A DNA stretch of 50,466 nt from Anaerolineales bacterium (lineage in GTDB: Bacteria > Chloroflexota > Anaerolineae > Anaerolineales > Villigracilaceae): positions 1-50,466 of the forward strand of contig JANMSY010000409.1 of assembly GCA_031389865.1 (NCBI GenBank). Reading direction: 5' to 3'. The notes under the pieces were generated by a model. The model did no database searches. It worked only from the letters and a program-made list of their open reading frames with translations, and had not been told where the DNA came from. Both the position numbers and the translations under genes were made by a program. Positions 37,721 through 47,158 of this stretch are shown piece by piece. Each line of letters starts with the position of its first letter. Position 1 is the stretch's first letter.

Positions 37721-38575
37721 ATGAAAGAAATCAGTAATTACGAACAGCTTAAAACATTTTTTCTGGAGTGTCGAGGCGATCGAAGCAAATTGCCGGACGC
37801 CTCAATTGCCATTCCGGTCAATGCCGAGGGCGATTTCGAAACTGTTTTGGGAGTGCTTGGTGATATTGCAAAGTACACAGGTGCCCATACTTTCGAGGTC
37901 ATCCTTGCGATTAATAACTATCCCGAGGAGAACGTGCCGGCAGAAATTGAACTCTTTCGATCCATGGGAGTTCTTGTCGAAGCAACACCGAGCGTGCGTC
38001 GTCCTGAGGAAGCTGTGTGTTTTTCTGCCCGCATGACAGGCGTTCGTGGTGCCAACACTGACTACTTAATACTTTTCGATGCTGATTGTCGAATCCCTAA
38101 TTCGACGGCGTTGATCGACTGGTACATTGATCGTCAGCACGACGGTGTGGGACTGGCATACACACACGTAACATACTATGATTTAAAAAAGCTTCTATCG
38201 ATTCGGGTGCGGATGATTGCGCACCATGGAGCACGATGGGTAAAAAGAGAATTACTCAGTATTCCCACGACGCGCGGCGGTAACTACGCTGCGAATCGGA
38301 CAAGGATGCTGGAATATTACGACCAGAAGCTCCTAAGCGATGATCTCAATGTAGGACCAACATTCAAAGCCAAGGGACTTCGCATAGCTTACTCGGGGAA
38401 ACGACAGCTTATTGTTCTGACCTCCGGGCGCGTGTTTAGCGGTGGATGGCTTAAGCTCATCCGCTACCTGCTATATCGACTGCGCTATAACCTGAAGATG
38501 TTGCCAGTTGGCCCGGATGTCACAAGCCGGTTACAGCGGGGGGATGATAATATCCGTAAGGTGAAAACTCGATGA
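37721..38575 (+). CDS. Glycosyltransferase, GT-A fold (GT2-like)
   Basis: SIAIPVN, DAD DxD motif, GGNYA, SDD, TSGR. Confidence 0.75.
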   Translation: MKEISNYEQLKTFFLECRGDRSKLPDASIAIPVNAEGDFETVLGVLGDIAKYTGAHTFEVILAINNYPEENVPAEIELFRSMGVLVEATPSVRRPEEAVCFSARMTGVRGANTDYLILFDADCRIPNSTALIDWYIDRQHDGVGLAYTHVTYYDLKKLLSIRVRMIAHHGARWVKRELLSIPTTRGGNYAANRTRMLEYYDQKLLSDDLNVGPTFKAKGLRIAYSGKRQLIVLTSGRVFSGGWLKLIRYLLYRLRYNLKMLPVGPDVTSRLQRGDDNIRKVKTR

Positions 38576-38711
38576 AAAACAGTTCATGTTTTAAGGTTAT
38601 TTCCACTATGTCCAAAAAAATAATTTTCATGCAAATCGAGCCGATGCATATGCATCCGCTCCATGGTTGATCGTGATGTTAAAAGATAATTTCGCATTAC
38701 AAGAGACGATA

Positions 38712-39446
38712 ATGTCGGGCTTATGGTTGTTCCCGTACGATACCCGACAGCTACTATTCAAAACTCTATCGCCACGGGCGTACAAGCATTTCCAGGAAAT
38801 GAGAAATATAGACACCCAAAAGGGCCGTTCCATTAAGCCGTTTGACGAGCAGAGATCCATATTTGTCCATATCACGAAATGTGCAGGGATTTCGGTCGCC
38901 ACGAGTCTTTTTGGTAATCTGGGTGGTGGACACTTAAGAGTACCGCACTATCAACTAATATTTAGTAAACGTGAATTCGAGGAGTACTTTAAGTTCACAT
39001 TTGTTCGTAATCCATGGGACCGTCTGGTATCAGCATTTCTCTTCTTGAAAAAAGGAGGCGCGAATAAGGCAGACAGGCAGTGGGCACACGAAAATCTTTC
39101 CCGTTTTGCAGATTTCAATGGCTTTGTAACCGGCTGGGTGGGTCGGAAAAATGTCAATAAGTGGAAACACTTTGTGCCTCAGTATAAATTTTTGTGTCAG
39201 CCAGGAAGTCGGACTCCCAGCGTCGATTTCATTGGCTACTTTGAACACCTGAGCGAAGATTTTGCTTATGTCCAAAAAAGGTTGGGGTGTCATTCAAGCC
39301 TGCAGCACTTGAATAAGACTGAAGGAGGCAAGAAGGATTATAGAGAGTATTATACGGAGGCTGCAAGGAAGATTGTGGCTGATGTTTATCAAGAGGATAT
39401 TCATATGTTTGGCTATAACTTCGACAACACTCTTTTGAAGAGGTAA
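38712..39446 (+). CDS. Sulfotransferase family 2 (carbohydrate sulfotransferase)
   Basis: 5'-PSB FVHITKCAGIS, 3'-PB FTFVRNPWDRLVSAF, HFVPQ, DFIGYFE, Y..D..FGY. Confidence 0.9.
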   Translation: MSGLWLFPYDTRQLLFKTLSPRAYKHFQEMRNIDTQKGRSIKPFDEQRSIFVHITKCAGISVATSLFGNLGGGHLRVPHYQLIFSKREFEEYFKFTFVRNPWDRLVSAFLFLKKGGANKADRQWAHENLSRFADFNGFVTGWVGRKNVNKWKHFVPQYKFLCQPGSRTPSVDFIGYFEHLSEDFAYVQKRLGCHSSLQHLNKTEGGKKDYREYYTEAARKIVADVYQEDIHMFGYNFDNTLLKR

Positions 39447-39638
39447 GTTAGCTTCGCCCTGACTGATACCAGCTCTCTTTGTTAAATGTCACCAATATCC
39501 GGTCCATCATTGACGAAATCCATGCACGCTCGTCTCTCCTCATTTCCTTATTGCCTGATATCCCAAAAATAATGACTACCTTCTGATAGGTTGGTTTCAT
39601 ATTTATTTGACAGCTGGGAATGTTCCCGGCCAACTATA

Positions 39639-39670
39639 AAAGCCTCCTCGCGTAAAATCGAGGAGGCTTT
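39639..39670. terminator. Bidirectional intrinsic terminator between convergent units
   Basis: aaagcctcctcg-N8-cgaggaggcttt flanked by A/T runs. Confidence 0.8.
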
Positions 39671-39826
39671 ATTGAATCAGGTACCGGGAGGACACGCTCA
39701 GGACTTTGATTCCGATAATCACCCAGGTTCGCGATTGGAGTATCTACCAGGTCAACTGTCCGTCTGGCGCTCAGTGCTACGCGAAAAATTGACCGCTAAC
39801 AGGGCAATGCTGGGGCATTCACGATT

Positions 39827-41053
39827 TTATTGAGATTTGGACGCTCCCTCGCTATTCGTTACAGGCTGGGATGGATGAAATGCATTGAGTTGTTCAGCAG
39901 GTATGGCCGCCTGTAAGACCGGTTCCGCTTTCTCAAGCAAGCCGGCAAGCCGTTCCATGCTGCTGAGCACAAGGGGTGGAGGTATTTCATCCATCTGATC
40001 GATCGCATCCTGCAGGCGTGCCTGTCGTTCTTTGAGATCTGAAACAGGAATTGCTGGTCCTTCTGCCGCACGATCAGTGACGAGAAGTTTCCACAGAACC
40101 TGACATACCACCGAGATCGGCGGCGCTGCAATAATTCCCAGTAGGCCGAAAGCATCTGCCATGGCGAGGAGGATAACAAACGTCAAAACAGGATTATCAA
40201 GCGTACTCCTAAAAAGACGCGGCTTAACCAATATCTCCAGGGCGATCAGGACAATCAGGGTATAAAGAACTGTGGAAAGACTTAGCTCTGCACTGATTAA
40301 CAGCCCCGAAACAAGAGGCAGAATTAGAGCCATTGCACCCCCCACTACGGGTATCATCCAGACTACTGCGCCGGTGACCGCCAGAAATGCGGGATATGGG
40401 GATCCAAGCAGCCAATAACCAATGCCCAACAGGACTACAGCCAGCAGGCTTTGGATTAATTCGCTGCGGGTGTAGCCGCCGATATCCTTATCAATGTTCC
40501 GCCAGATATCCCGCGCATGTTTGCGTTGTTCAGCGGGAAGTAACGATAGCCAGAGGCGCTCAAAGTGATTTTGGTTGATGCTCCAGTAAATGCTCAGGAA
40601 CAGAATAACGAAAAGGCCGCCCACAAGGCCACTAATGCCTTCTGTAAAACCAAGGAGTGCAGACAATACAAGTTCTGGTTCACTCGTGATTGCATTAAAG
40701 AGCTGATTGGGCGCGGGCAACCATCCTTCCAATCCCTGCAACCATGTGGGTAACATCCATGCATTCTGCACCGATAGTTTCTCGGTTAACTGCTGAAAGT
40801 CACCGATCAGAAATCTTCCAACAAGAAAGAGTAAGAAACCAGAGATACCCACACCAGCCACGTACTGAAAAATTAAACGGAAACGTGTTACCAGGTTGCG
40901 TCGGGATTCACTTCTGGAAATTGACCGGAACGTTGCTGCAAGCACTAGTGAGATCAGAACATACAGGACCACAATACGGAACTGCCATAGCGCCACCAAT
41001 GCGAGCAGTGTCGTCATGACCGCTGTACCAATCAGGGCGAGTCGTTTGGTCAT
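39827..41053 (-). CDS. AI-2E (PerM/UPF0118) family transporter
   Basis: TM pattern, MIPVVG, ILVKPRL, FGLLGIIAAPP. Confidence 0.85.
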   Translation of the reverse strand: MTKRLALIGTAVMTTLLALVALWQFRIVVLYVLISLVLAATFRSISRSESRRNLVTRFRLIFQYVAGVGISGFLLFLVGRFLIGDFQQLTEKLSVQNAWMLPTWLQGLEGWLPAPNQLFNAITSEPELVLSALLGFTEGISGLVGGLFVILFLSIYWSINQNHFERLWLSLLPAEQRKHARDIWRNIDKDIGGYTRSELIQSLLAVVLLGIGYWLLGSPYPAFLAVTGAVVWMIPVVGGAMALILPLVSGLLISAELSLSTVLYTLIVLIALEILVKPRLFRSTLDNPVLTFVILLAMADAFGLLGIIAAPPISVVCQVLWKLLVTDRAAEGPAIPVSDLKERQARLQDAIDQMDEIPPPLVLSSMERLAGLLEKAEPVLQAAIPAEQLNAFHPSQPVTNSEGASKSQ

Positions 41054-42324
41054 GCTGTACCCGAATTGCTGGCCTGAGCCAATAGTTCATCGAGATCGGT
41101 TGTGATCGTTTCTATCTCATCCATCACCTGTTCAATCTGCATGATCGCCTGATCCGAGCCTCCCTTTTTGTGCCGTGCCTGTTTGCGCATGTCCTGAATG
41201 AAATCCTGGGCTTCGTAGCGAAGTCGGCTTGCATAATCGCGTCCGGCAGTGGGTTCCATTTCCACCGTCGTTTGCTGAAAGACAAAGTGATTGAGCGCAA
41301 GCTGGATAATGGCTGCGATCGGAATTGCCATGAGTGCTCCGGCAATGCCAAAAAACGTGGTAAAGGCAAAAAGCGCAAGGAGTGTTACGAACGGATTGAC
41401 TCCCACAGTTCTTTTCATGATGCGCGGTACCAGCAGGCTGTTCTCCAATTGCTGAATGATGAGGGTCGCAACAATTACCCAAATGAGCCTGTCCGGCCCG
41501 ATCGACCATGCAACCAGCGCTGCAGGGATGGCTCCAAGAAGTGGGCCGACCATTGGAATAGCTTCCAAAACTCCTGCTGCAAGCGCAAGTACAAAGGCAT
41601 TCGGCAGGCCTATCACTAAATAGGAAATCAATGCCAGAATACTGATTGCCAGGCAAAGGATACCCTGCCCGGCAAGATACAAACCCACCTTGGCCTCCAT
41701 GGCCAAAATAAGTTCAGTAATGCTTTCGCGCCGGTCCTGGGGGATCAGCAACACGAGTGCCTTGACGATTCGTGGTCCATCAAGAGTCCAGTACGAAGTG
41801 ATTATGAGGATCACCATGGCTGTAAAGATGACTTGAGCGCCCACTATCACGTAATCCAATACCTGCGCTGCGGAACTCACCACTTCCGGTCCGGTCTGTT
41901 GTACTGGAAGCAGGCTGGGTAATGTGGCTGGGAGCATGCGGCCCAGGCGTATGAAAAATCGGTTTGGAGAATCCAGGATCCATGTACGCAGGTTTTGATA
42001 GTAGTCTGGCACTTCCTTCGCTATTGTCGCAGCTTGCTCGAAGATCAAGGGAAATAATAACCACAGGAAGCCAACAAGCAGGATAAGGAACACCAGGAAG
42101 ACAAGAATGACTCCTGCAACCCTGGGAAGCCCTCGCTGGTATAACCAGTTTACGATGGGCCGAATTACTGTACCCAGCACGATGGCGATAAACAGGATGA
42201 ATATGACATTGTAAAACCGGTAGAGAAGCCAGAAACAAAAGACCACAGAGACGAGAACCAGAGTCGCCCACACGACCCGCCGAAAAGTCCAATCATATGT
42301 CTGAGAAACCGGACCAACCGTCAT
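41050..42324 (-). CDS. AI-2E (PerM/UPF0118) family transporter
   Basis: IPMVGP, QQLENSLLVPRIM, FGIAGALMAIP. RBS aaggag. Confidence 0.9.
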   Translation of the reverse strand: MTVGPVSQTYDWTFRRVVWATLVLVSVVFCFWLLYRFYNVIFILFIAIVLGTVIRPIVNWLYQRGLPRVAGVILVFLVFLILLVGFLWLLFPLIFEQAATIAKEVPDYYQNLRTWILDSPNRFFIRLGRMLPATLPSLLPVQQTGPEVVSSAAQVLDYVIVGAQVIFTAMVILIITSYWTLDGPRIVKALVLLIPQDRRESITELILAMEAKVGLYLAGQGILCLAISILALISYLVIGLPNAFVLALAAGVLEAIPMVGPLLGAIPAALVAWSIGPDRLIWVIVATLIIQQLENSLLVPRIMKRTVGVNPFVTLLALFAFTTFFGIAGALMAIPIAAIIQLALNHFVFQQTTVEMEPTAGRDYASRLRYEAQDFIQDMRKQARHKKGGSDQAIMQIEQVMDEIETITTDLDELLAQASNSGTA

Positions 42325-42542
42325 CTTTTCCTACTCCTTTGAATCACCAAAATATATTAAGTGCTGTACACCATACGCCGGATCTTGTCAAAAGAGTCGC
42401 ATGTAGCACGGCTTGAGATATATCGATGATGTAGCGATGGAGGCGATTTTGGATCAGAGTGAAGGCCTACGGGACAGTTTATCTATTATAAGCCTAGCCT
42501 GCTGCTCCCACCAAAGAGGTTTCATTAGTAATATCACGAACA

Positions 42543-42683
42543 CCTGAGGGTGGGAGCACTCAGAGTTTGTTGGTCAATAAGCTCAAGCCGCCGCCCTCGG
42601 CGGCGCTTTTCGAGTAAATCCTGCGCCGAGGACGGCGCAGGGAGCAAACTCATCTACAACCTTTTAGTGCACCCCCTGAGGGT
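42543..42683. mobile_element. 123-bp MITE-like element (42552-42674) with 33-bp imperfect TIRs and 9-bp direct repeat CCTGAGGGT
   Basis: Direct repeats at 42543-42551 and 42675-42683. TIRs 42552-42584 and 42642-42674 match at 23/33. Two internal GC hairpins. Confidence 0.75.
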
Positions 42684-42876
42684 AGAGGGTAGGGCTTGTT
42701 TGTTAACAAACGGATTGCAGTATATAATAGTACCCAAATTATCGGTGTTTCTCATATCTTGCCCATTTATATACATGATAATCCAGATATCAAAAATGAT
42801 GGACAAGCCGGTACACTTCTTCAGAGTTCGCGGGAAATGTGGATAATTCCAGGACGAAAACCCGCCTGCCTTTGCA

Positions 42877-42903
42877 GTAACCTACCGTTCCGAATCCCGT
42901 CTT
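42877..42903 (+). promoter_or_regulatory. ECF-sigma-type promoter P3 (GTAACC-N15-CGTCTT) upstream of the second EPS operon
   Basis: gtaacc taccgttccgaatcc cgtctt, same spacing as P1 and P2. Confidence 0.7.
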
Positions 42904-43292
42904 GAAAGCGGTACATTGGAGATGAGCACAAACCATCAACAACAGGTTGCCCCGCATTTTCATCGAGCATTTGCTCGATATTTTTTATTAGTACGGATTA
43001 TGCTCAAAGCTTGTCACGCAGGGCACCAGATGTAGCAGCGCCGCTCGGGGGCAATTGTGGGGATATCTCCGGGTACTTCTTGTCAAAGTTGTGCCAGGCA
43101 AAGCGAGTCAGAGTTTCAAGAACCCCACAGGGTGCCTAGGTCCAACTCGTATTTGTTGACAGGTATTTTTTTCAAATTGATCACCGCAGAGTGTCGAGTG
43201 GGCGGAGCGCGCCTGACCTCCATCATGCACAGCTCGTATAAATTGGAACTACTATTGTTTTCTCCACTGCAGCGTACTTCAGGAGGGTACCC

Positions 43293-44498
43293 GTGAAAAT
43301 ATTGATGATTTCCCCGCAGCCTTTTTTTGAGCCGCGCGGTACTCCCATTAGCGTTTACCAGCGTCTGGAAGGTCTGTCAGCGCTTGGGCATCAGATCGAC
43401 CTCCTTACCTATCATGTTGGCAAGGACGTTGTTATTCCCAATGTTAAGATCCATAGGGTACGCAAAATTGGAGTAATCCAACATGTGCGCATAGGACCCT
43501 CCAGGGCAAAGATACTTCTGGATGTCCTGATCTTTTTCAAAGCAATTCGTATGCTGCTCACAAAACGTTATGATGTGATTCACTCTCATGAGGAGGCTTC
43601 ATTTTTCGGTGTGATCCTTGCCAGGATCTTTCGCACGCGACATCTGTATGACATGCATTCCGTGCTTTCAAAACAGCTGGGCAACTTTGATTTTGGGAAT
43701 AAACCCATCTTTGTTAAGATTTTTGAGAAGCTTGAGAGAATGGTCCTTAAAGCATCGGATGCGGTGATCAATGTGGGCTCCGATCTTGACGAATATGTCA
43801 AATCTGTGGATCCACACATTCAAACAATCACCATTGAAAACATTGCCCTGCATGCATACCAGACCCCCATCCAGCCGGAGGCTTTTACGGAATTGGCACA
43901 GAAATTAAACCTGCATGGCAGAATTCCGATCCTATACACTGGAACGTTTGAGAAGTACCAGGGATTGGACATGGTCCTTGGCTGTTTGGATCAGGTCATA
44001 AAACATTATCCCAATGCAATTTTCATTTTTGTTGGTGCAAAAGTGTATCAGGCCCAGGAATGGACCGAAAAAGCAGCAGGCATGAATCTGGCGGATCACA
44101 CCCTATTTGTGGATGTGGTATCACCCGAAGATTCAATGGTATATCTTGCCTACGCATCCATATTGATTTCACCGCGCCTCAATGGGACCACGGTCCCCCT
44201 AAAAATCTACAGCTATCTACATGCCGGGAAGCCCATCGTGGCAACAAATATCAACGCGCACACCCAGGTACTAACTCCGGATACGGCGATGCTGGTGGAA
44301 CCTAATAAGGATGCATTTGCCCAGGGCATTCTCAAGCTTATCGCGGATCCGCAACTCGGTGAATATTTGGGTGAAAATGCCCATCGCCTTGCCCAGGAAA
44401 AGTTCAACTACCAAAACTACATGATCAAGGTGAATAAGATATACAAGACACTTGAAACCGGCATGGCTGTAAAACTTCCTTCCGTTCCACAGGAATGA
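43293..44498 (+). CDS. Glycosyltransferase family 4
   Basis: YTGTFEKYQGLD, PLKIYSYL.AGKPIVAT. GTG start after ggagg. Confidence 0.9.
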   Translation: MKILMISPQPFFEPRGTPISVYQRLEGLSALGHQIDLLTYHVGKDVVIPNVKIHRVRKIGVIQHVRIGPSRAKILLDVLIFFKAIRMLLTKRYDVIHSHEEASFFGVILARIFRTRHLYDMHSVLSKQLGNFDFGNKPIFVKIFEKLERMVLKASDAVINVGSDLDEYVKSVDPHIQTITIENIALHAYQTPIQPEAFTELAQKLNLHGRIPILYTGTFEKYQGLDMVLGCLDQVIKHYPNAIFIFVGAKVYQAQEWTEKAAGMNLADHTLFVDVVSPEDSMVYLAYASILISPRLNGTTVPLKIYSYLHAGKPIVATNINAHTQVLTPDTAMLVEPNKDAFAQGILKLIADPQLGEYLGENAHRLAQEKFNYQNYMIKVNKIYKTLETGMAVKLPSVPQE

Positions 44499-44502
44499 TC
44501 GT

Positions 44503-46374
44503 ATGTGCGGGATATGTGGTGTTGTTTCATTTCAACCGGGACATCCAACTGACAGGTACATGCTTGAACAGATGAATCAAACCCTGCATCATCGGGGGCC
44601 GGATGATGACGGTTACTATCAGGATACCCAGGCATCGTTGGCCATGCGCCGCCTGAGCATTATTGACCTGCATACGGGGCAACAACCCATCTCGAATGAG
44701 ACTGGCGACATCTGGGTGGTGTACAACGGGGAGATTTACAACTTTCAACCGATCCGCGCCGAACTACAACAACGCGGGCACGTATTCAAAACCCAGTCCG
44801 ATACCGAGATCATCGTCCATGCCTATGAAGAATATGGGGATGAATGTGTTAAGCGGTTCAATGGGATGTTTGCACTGGCACTATGGGATTCGCGCAGGTG
44901 CAGGCTTTTGATCGCACGTGACCACCTGGGGATCAAGCCTTTATATTACTGGGCAGGCCAGGACAAGCTGATATTTGGTTCCGAGTTAAAAGCCCTGGTC
45001 GTCCACCCGGATGTGCCTCGGCAGATCAATCTCACAGCCGTGGATCTGTTCCTGTCACTGGAATATATCCCGGCCCCGCTGACAATCTATAGGAATATCT
45101 TTAAGCTCCAAGCGGGTCATATTTTGGTACTGGAGGATGGGCATCTACAACTATCCCAGTTTTGGGACGTGCCGCGTCAACCTGTAGGGGGGGATGAGGA
45201 TGAATGCGCGGAAACACTTGCCGGCTTGATCAAGGAAGCGGTCCAGATGCGCATGATCAGCGATGTGCCGCTGGGCGCATTCCTGAGCGGCGGAATTGAC
45301 TCGAGTGCGGTGGTCGGGTACATGAGCCAGGCCAGTTCAAAGCCAGTCCAAACCTTCTCCATTGGCTTTGCGGATGATACGTATAACGAACTGCCATATG
45401 CGGCGGCAGTTGCGAAGCATTTTCAAACGGACCATCATTTTGAAGTGTTGAACCCTGATATTGCGAGTCTGGCAGAGCAGCTCGTTCAACATCACGATGA
45501 GCCGTTCGCTGACACATCTATTTTTCCCACCTATCTCGTTTCGAAGCTTGCGAGACAACATGTAAAAGTGGCGCTTTCCGGTGATGGCGGCGACGAATTA
45601 TTTGCAGGCTATGATACGTATCTTGCTGAACGAATGAATTTTTATTATGGGAAGCTTCCTGGTGCGCTGCGTAGAAATATACTGCCAGCTTTTGCGAACC
45701 TGCTTCCTCCTCAACCTGCGAAGAAGGGAATGGTCAACAAGGTGAAACGAATGATTGAAGGGGGAGCACTGGACCCCGCTCTCCAGCATACGCGCTGGAT
45801 GATCTTCATGGATGAGCGCGAGAAAAAGAGTTTATACAAATCGGACCTGCAGGACACCCTGCAGGATGGATCAACGGCCGGGTTCTTTGGAGAACACTTT
45901 CAGCAGGTAGATTCATTTGACGTGCTTGCCCAACAGCAATATGTGGACATGAAGACCTATTTGCCGGATGATATCCTGACCAAAGTGGATCGCATGAGCA
46001 TGGCTGTCTCTTTGGAGGCGCGTGTGCCTCTGCTCGATCATCGTATCGCGGAATTTGGGTTGAACCTGCCGCCGCACATGAAATTAAATGGGTCGCGCAC
46101 AAAGATTATTTTGCGAAAGGCGCTGCGTCGCGTCGTCCCGGATCTGGTGCTTGAAAAGCCGAAGCAGGGATTTAGCATCCCGATGAAACACTGGTTGTGC
46201 AGCTCGCTCAAGCCCATGATGCAGGACCTGCTCTCGAATGACACGGTACGCCAGCGCGGCTATTTCAAGCCTGAGGTGGTTTCCACATGGATGCGCGAAC
46301 ACCTCGATGGGAGGGTCAATCACGCTCACCGTTTGTGGTCCCTAATGGCACTTGAATTATGGCATCAGGCCTGA
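44503..46374 (+). CDS. asnB: Asparagine synthase (glutamine-hydrolysing) family amidotransferase, polysaccharide-associated
   Basis: MCGICG, HRGPD, NGEIYN, LSGGIDSS, SGDGGDELFAGY, KVDRMSM..EARVP. Confidence 0.92.
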   Translation: MCGICGVVSFQPGHPTDRYMLEQMNQTLHHRGPDDDGYYQDTQASLAMRRLSIIDLHTGQQPISNETGDIWVVYNGEIYNFQPIRAELQQRGHVFKTQSDTEIIVHAYEEYGDECVKRFNGMFALALWDSRRCRLLIARDHLGIKPLYYWAGQDKLIFGSELKALVVHPDVPRQINLTAVDLFLSLEYIPAPLTIYRNIFKLQAGHILVLEDGHLQLSQFWDVPRQPVGGDEDECAETLAGLIKEAVQMRMISDVPLGAFLSGGIDSSAVVGYMSQASSKPVQTFSIGFADDTYNELPYAAAVAKHFQTDHHFEVLNPDIASLAEQLVQHHDEPFADTSIFPTYLVSKLARQHVKVALSGDGGDELFAGYDTYLAERMNFYYGKLPGALRRNILPAFANLLPPQPAKKGMVNKVKRMIEGGALDPALQHTRWMIFMDEREKKSLYKSDLQDTLQDGSTAGFFGEHFQQVDSFDVLAQQQYVDMKTYLPDDILTKVDRMSMAVSLEARVPLLDHRIAEFGLNLPPHMKLNGSRTKIILRKALRRVVPDLVLEKPKQGFSIPMKHWLCSSLKPMMQDLLSNDTVRQRGYFKPEVVSTWMREHLDGRVNHAHRLWSLMALELWHQA

Positions 46375-46388
46375 TCGGTTCCTCATTT

Positions 46389-47156
46389 ATGAATAAACAA
46401 GATTTGACAGCCAACATCACCTCCTATTGGGACCATCACATCCATGACCTGGCCATTGCCACACACCCGGTGGGCACGCCGGGTTTCTTCCGCCAGCTGG
46501 ATGAGTATCGCTATGACAAGTTGAACTACCTTCCACGCCTGGTGAATTTCGCCGCGTATCAGGGTAAAAAACTGTTGGAAGTGGGATGTGGCGCGGGCAT
46601 AGACCTGGTACGTTTTGCGCGTGCTGAAGCAGATGTCACAGGAATCGACCTGTCACAGACTTCCATCGATCTTGCGCGCAAAAATATTGAGCAAAACGGG
46701 CTAAAGGCGGATCTTTGCCTAATGAACGGCGAGCGCATGGACTTTCCCGATAACACCTTTGATGTTGTATACGCTCATGGAGTTTTGCAATACACCGCAG
46801 ATAGCGGGAAAATGATGGCCGAAATTCATCGTGTGTTGAAACCGGGCGGCGAAGCAATCCTGATGGTATACAATAGAAATTCATGGCTGAACCTGATGAG
46901 ACAGGTGACCAGGGTTCCGTTGGAACATGAAGACGCCCCTGTGCTAAAGAAATTTTCAATGGAGGAATTGAAGCAATTGCTCAAACCCTTCAAGAGCCAT
47001 CGGATTATCCCCGAACGCTTTCCAGTGAAGACCAAGCTGCATTCCGGTTGGAAAGCCCGTCTCTTCAATGACGTGTTTGTCGGAACATTCAACCTGATGC
47101 CCAAAGCATGGGTCCGCTCGTTTGGCTGGCATCTCATGGCATTTGCGGTGAAATAG
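46389..47156 (+). CDS. Class I SAM-dependent methyltransferase
   Basis: LLEVGCGAG, TFDVV, HRVLKPGG. Confidence 0.9.
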   Translation: MNKQDLTANITSYWDHHIHDLAIATHPVGTPGFFRQLDEYRYDKLNYLPRLVNFAAYQGKKLLEVGCGAGIDLVRFARAEADVTGIDLSQTSIDLARKNIEQNGLKADLCLMNGERMDFPDNTFDVVYAHGVLQYTADSGKMMAEIHRVLKPGGEAILMVYNRNSWLNLMRQVTRVPLEHEDAPVLKKFSMEELKQLLKPFKSHRIIPERFPVKTKLHSGWKARLFNDVFVGTFNLMPKAWVRSFGWHLMAFAVK

Positions 47157-47158
47157 AT

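Noticed and set aside
39448-39833. Short ORFs 39448-39633(-) and 39591-39833(+)
   Set aside because: They have no convincing RBS or motifs and abut or span a bidirectional terminator.
42550-43296. Short ORFs in the divergent intergenic region, including a 37-codon ORF at 42922
   Set aside because: They overlap the MITE, promoters and hairpin, with poor RBS spacing and no recognisable domains.
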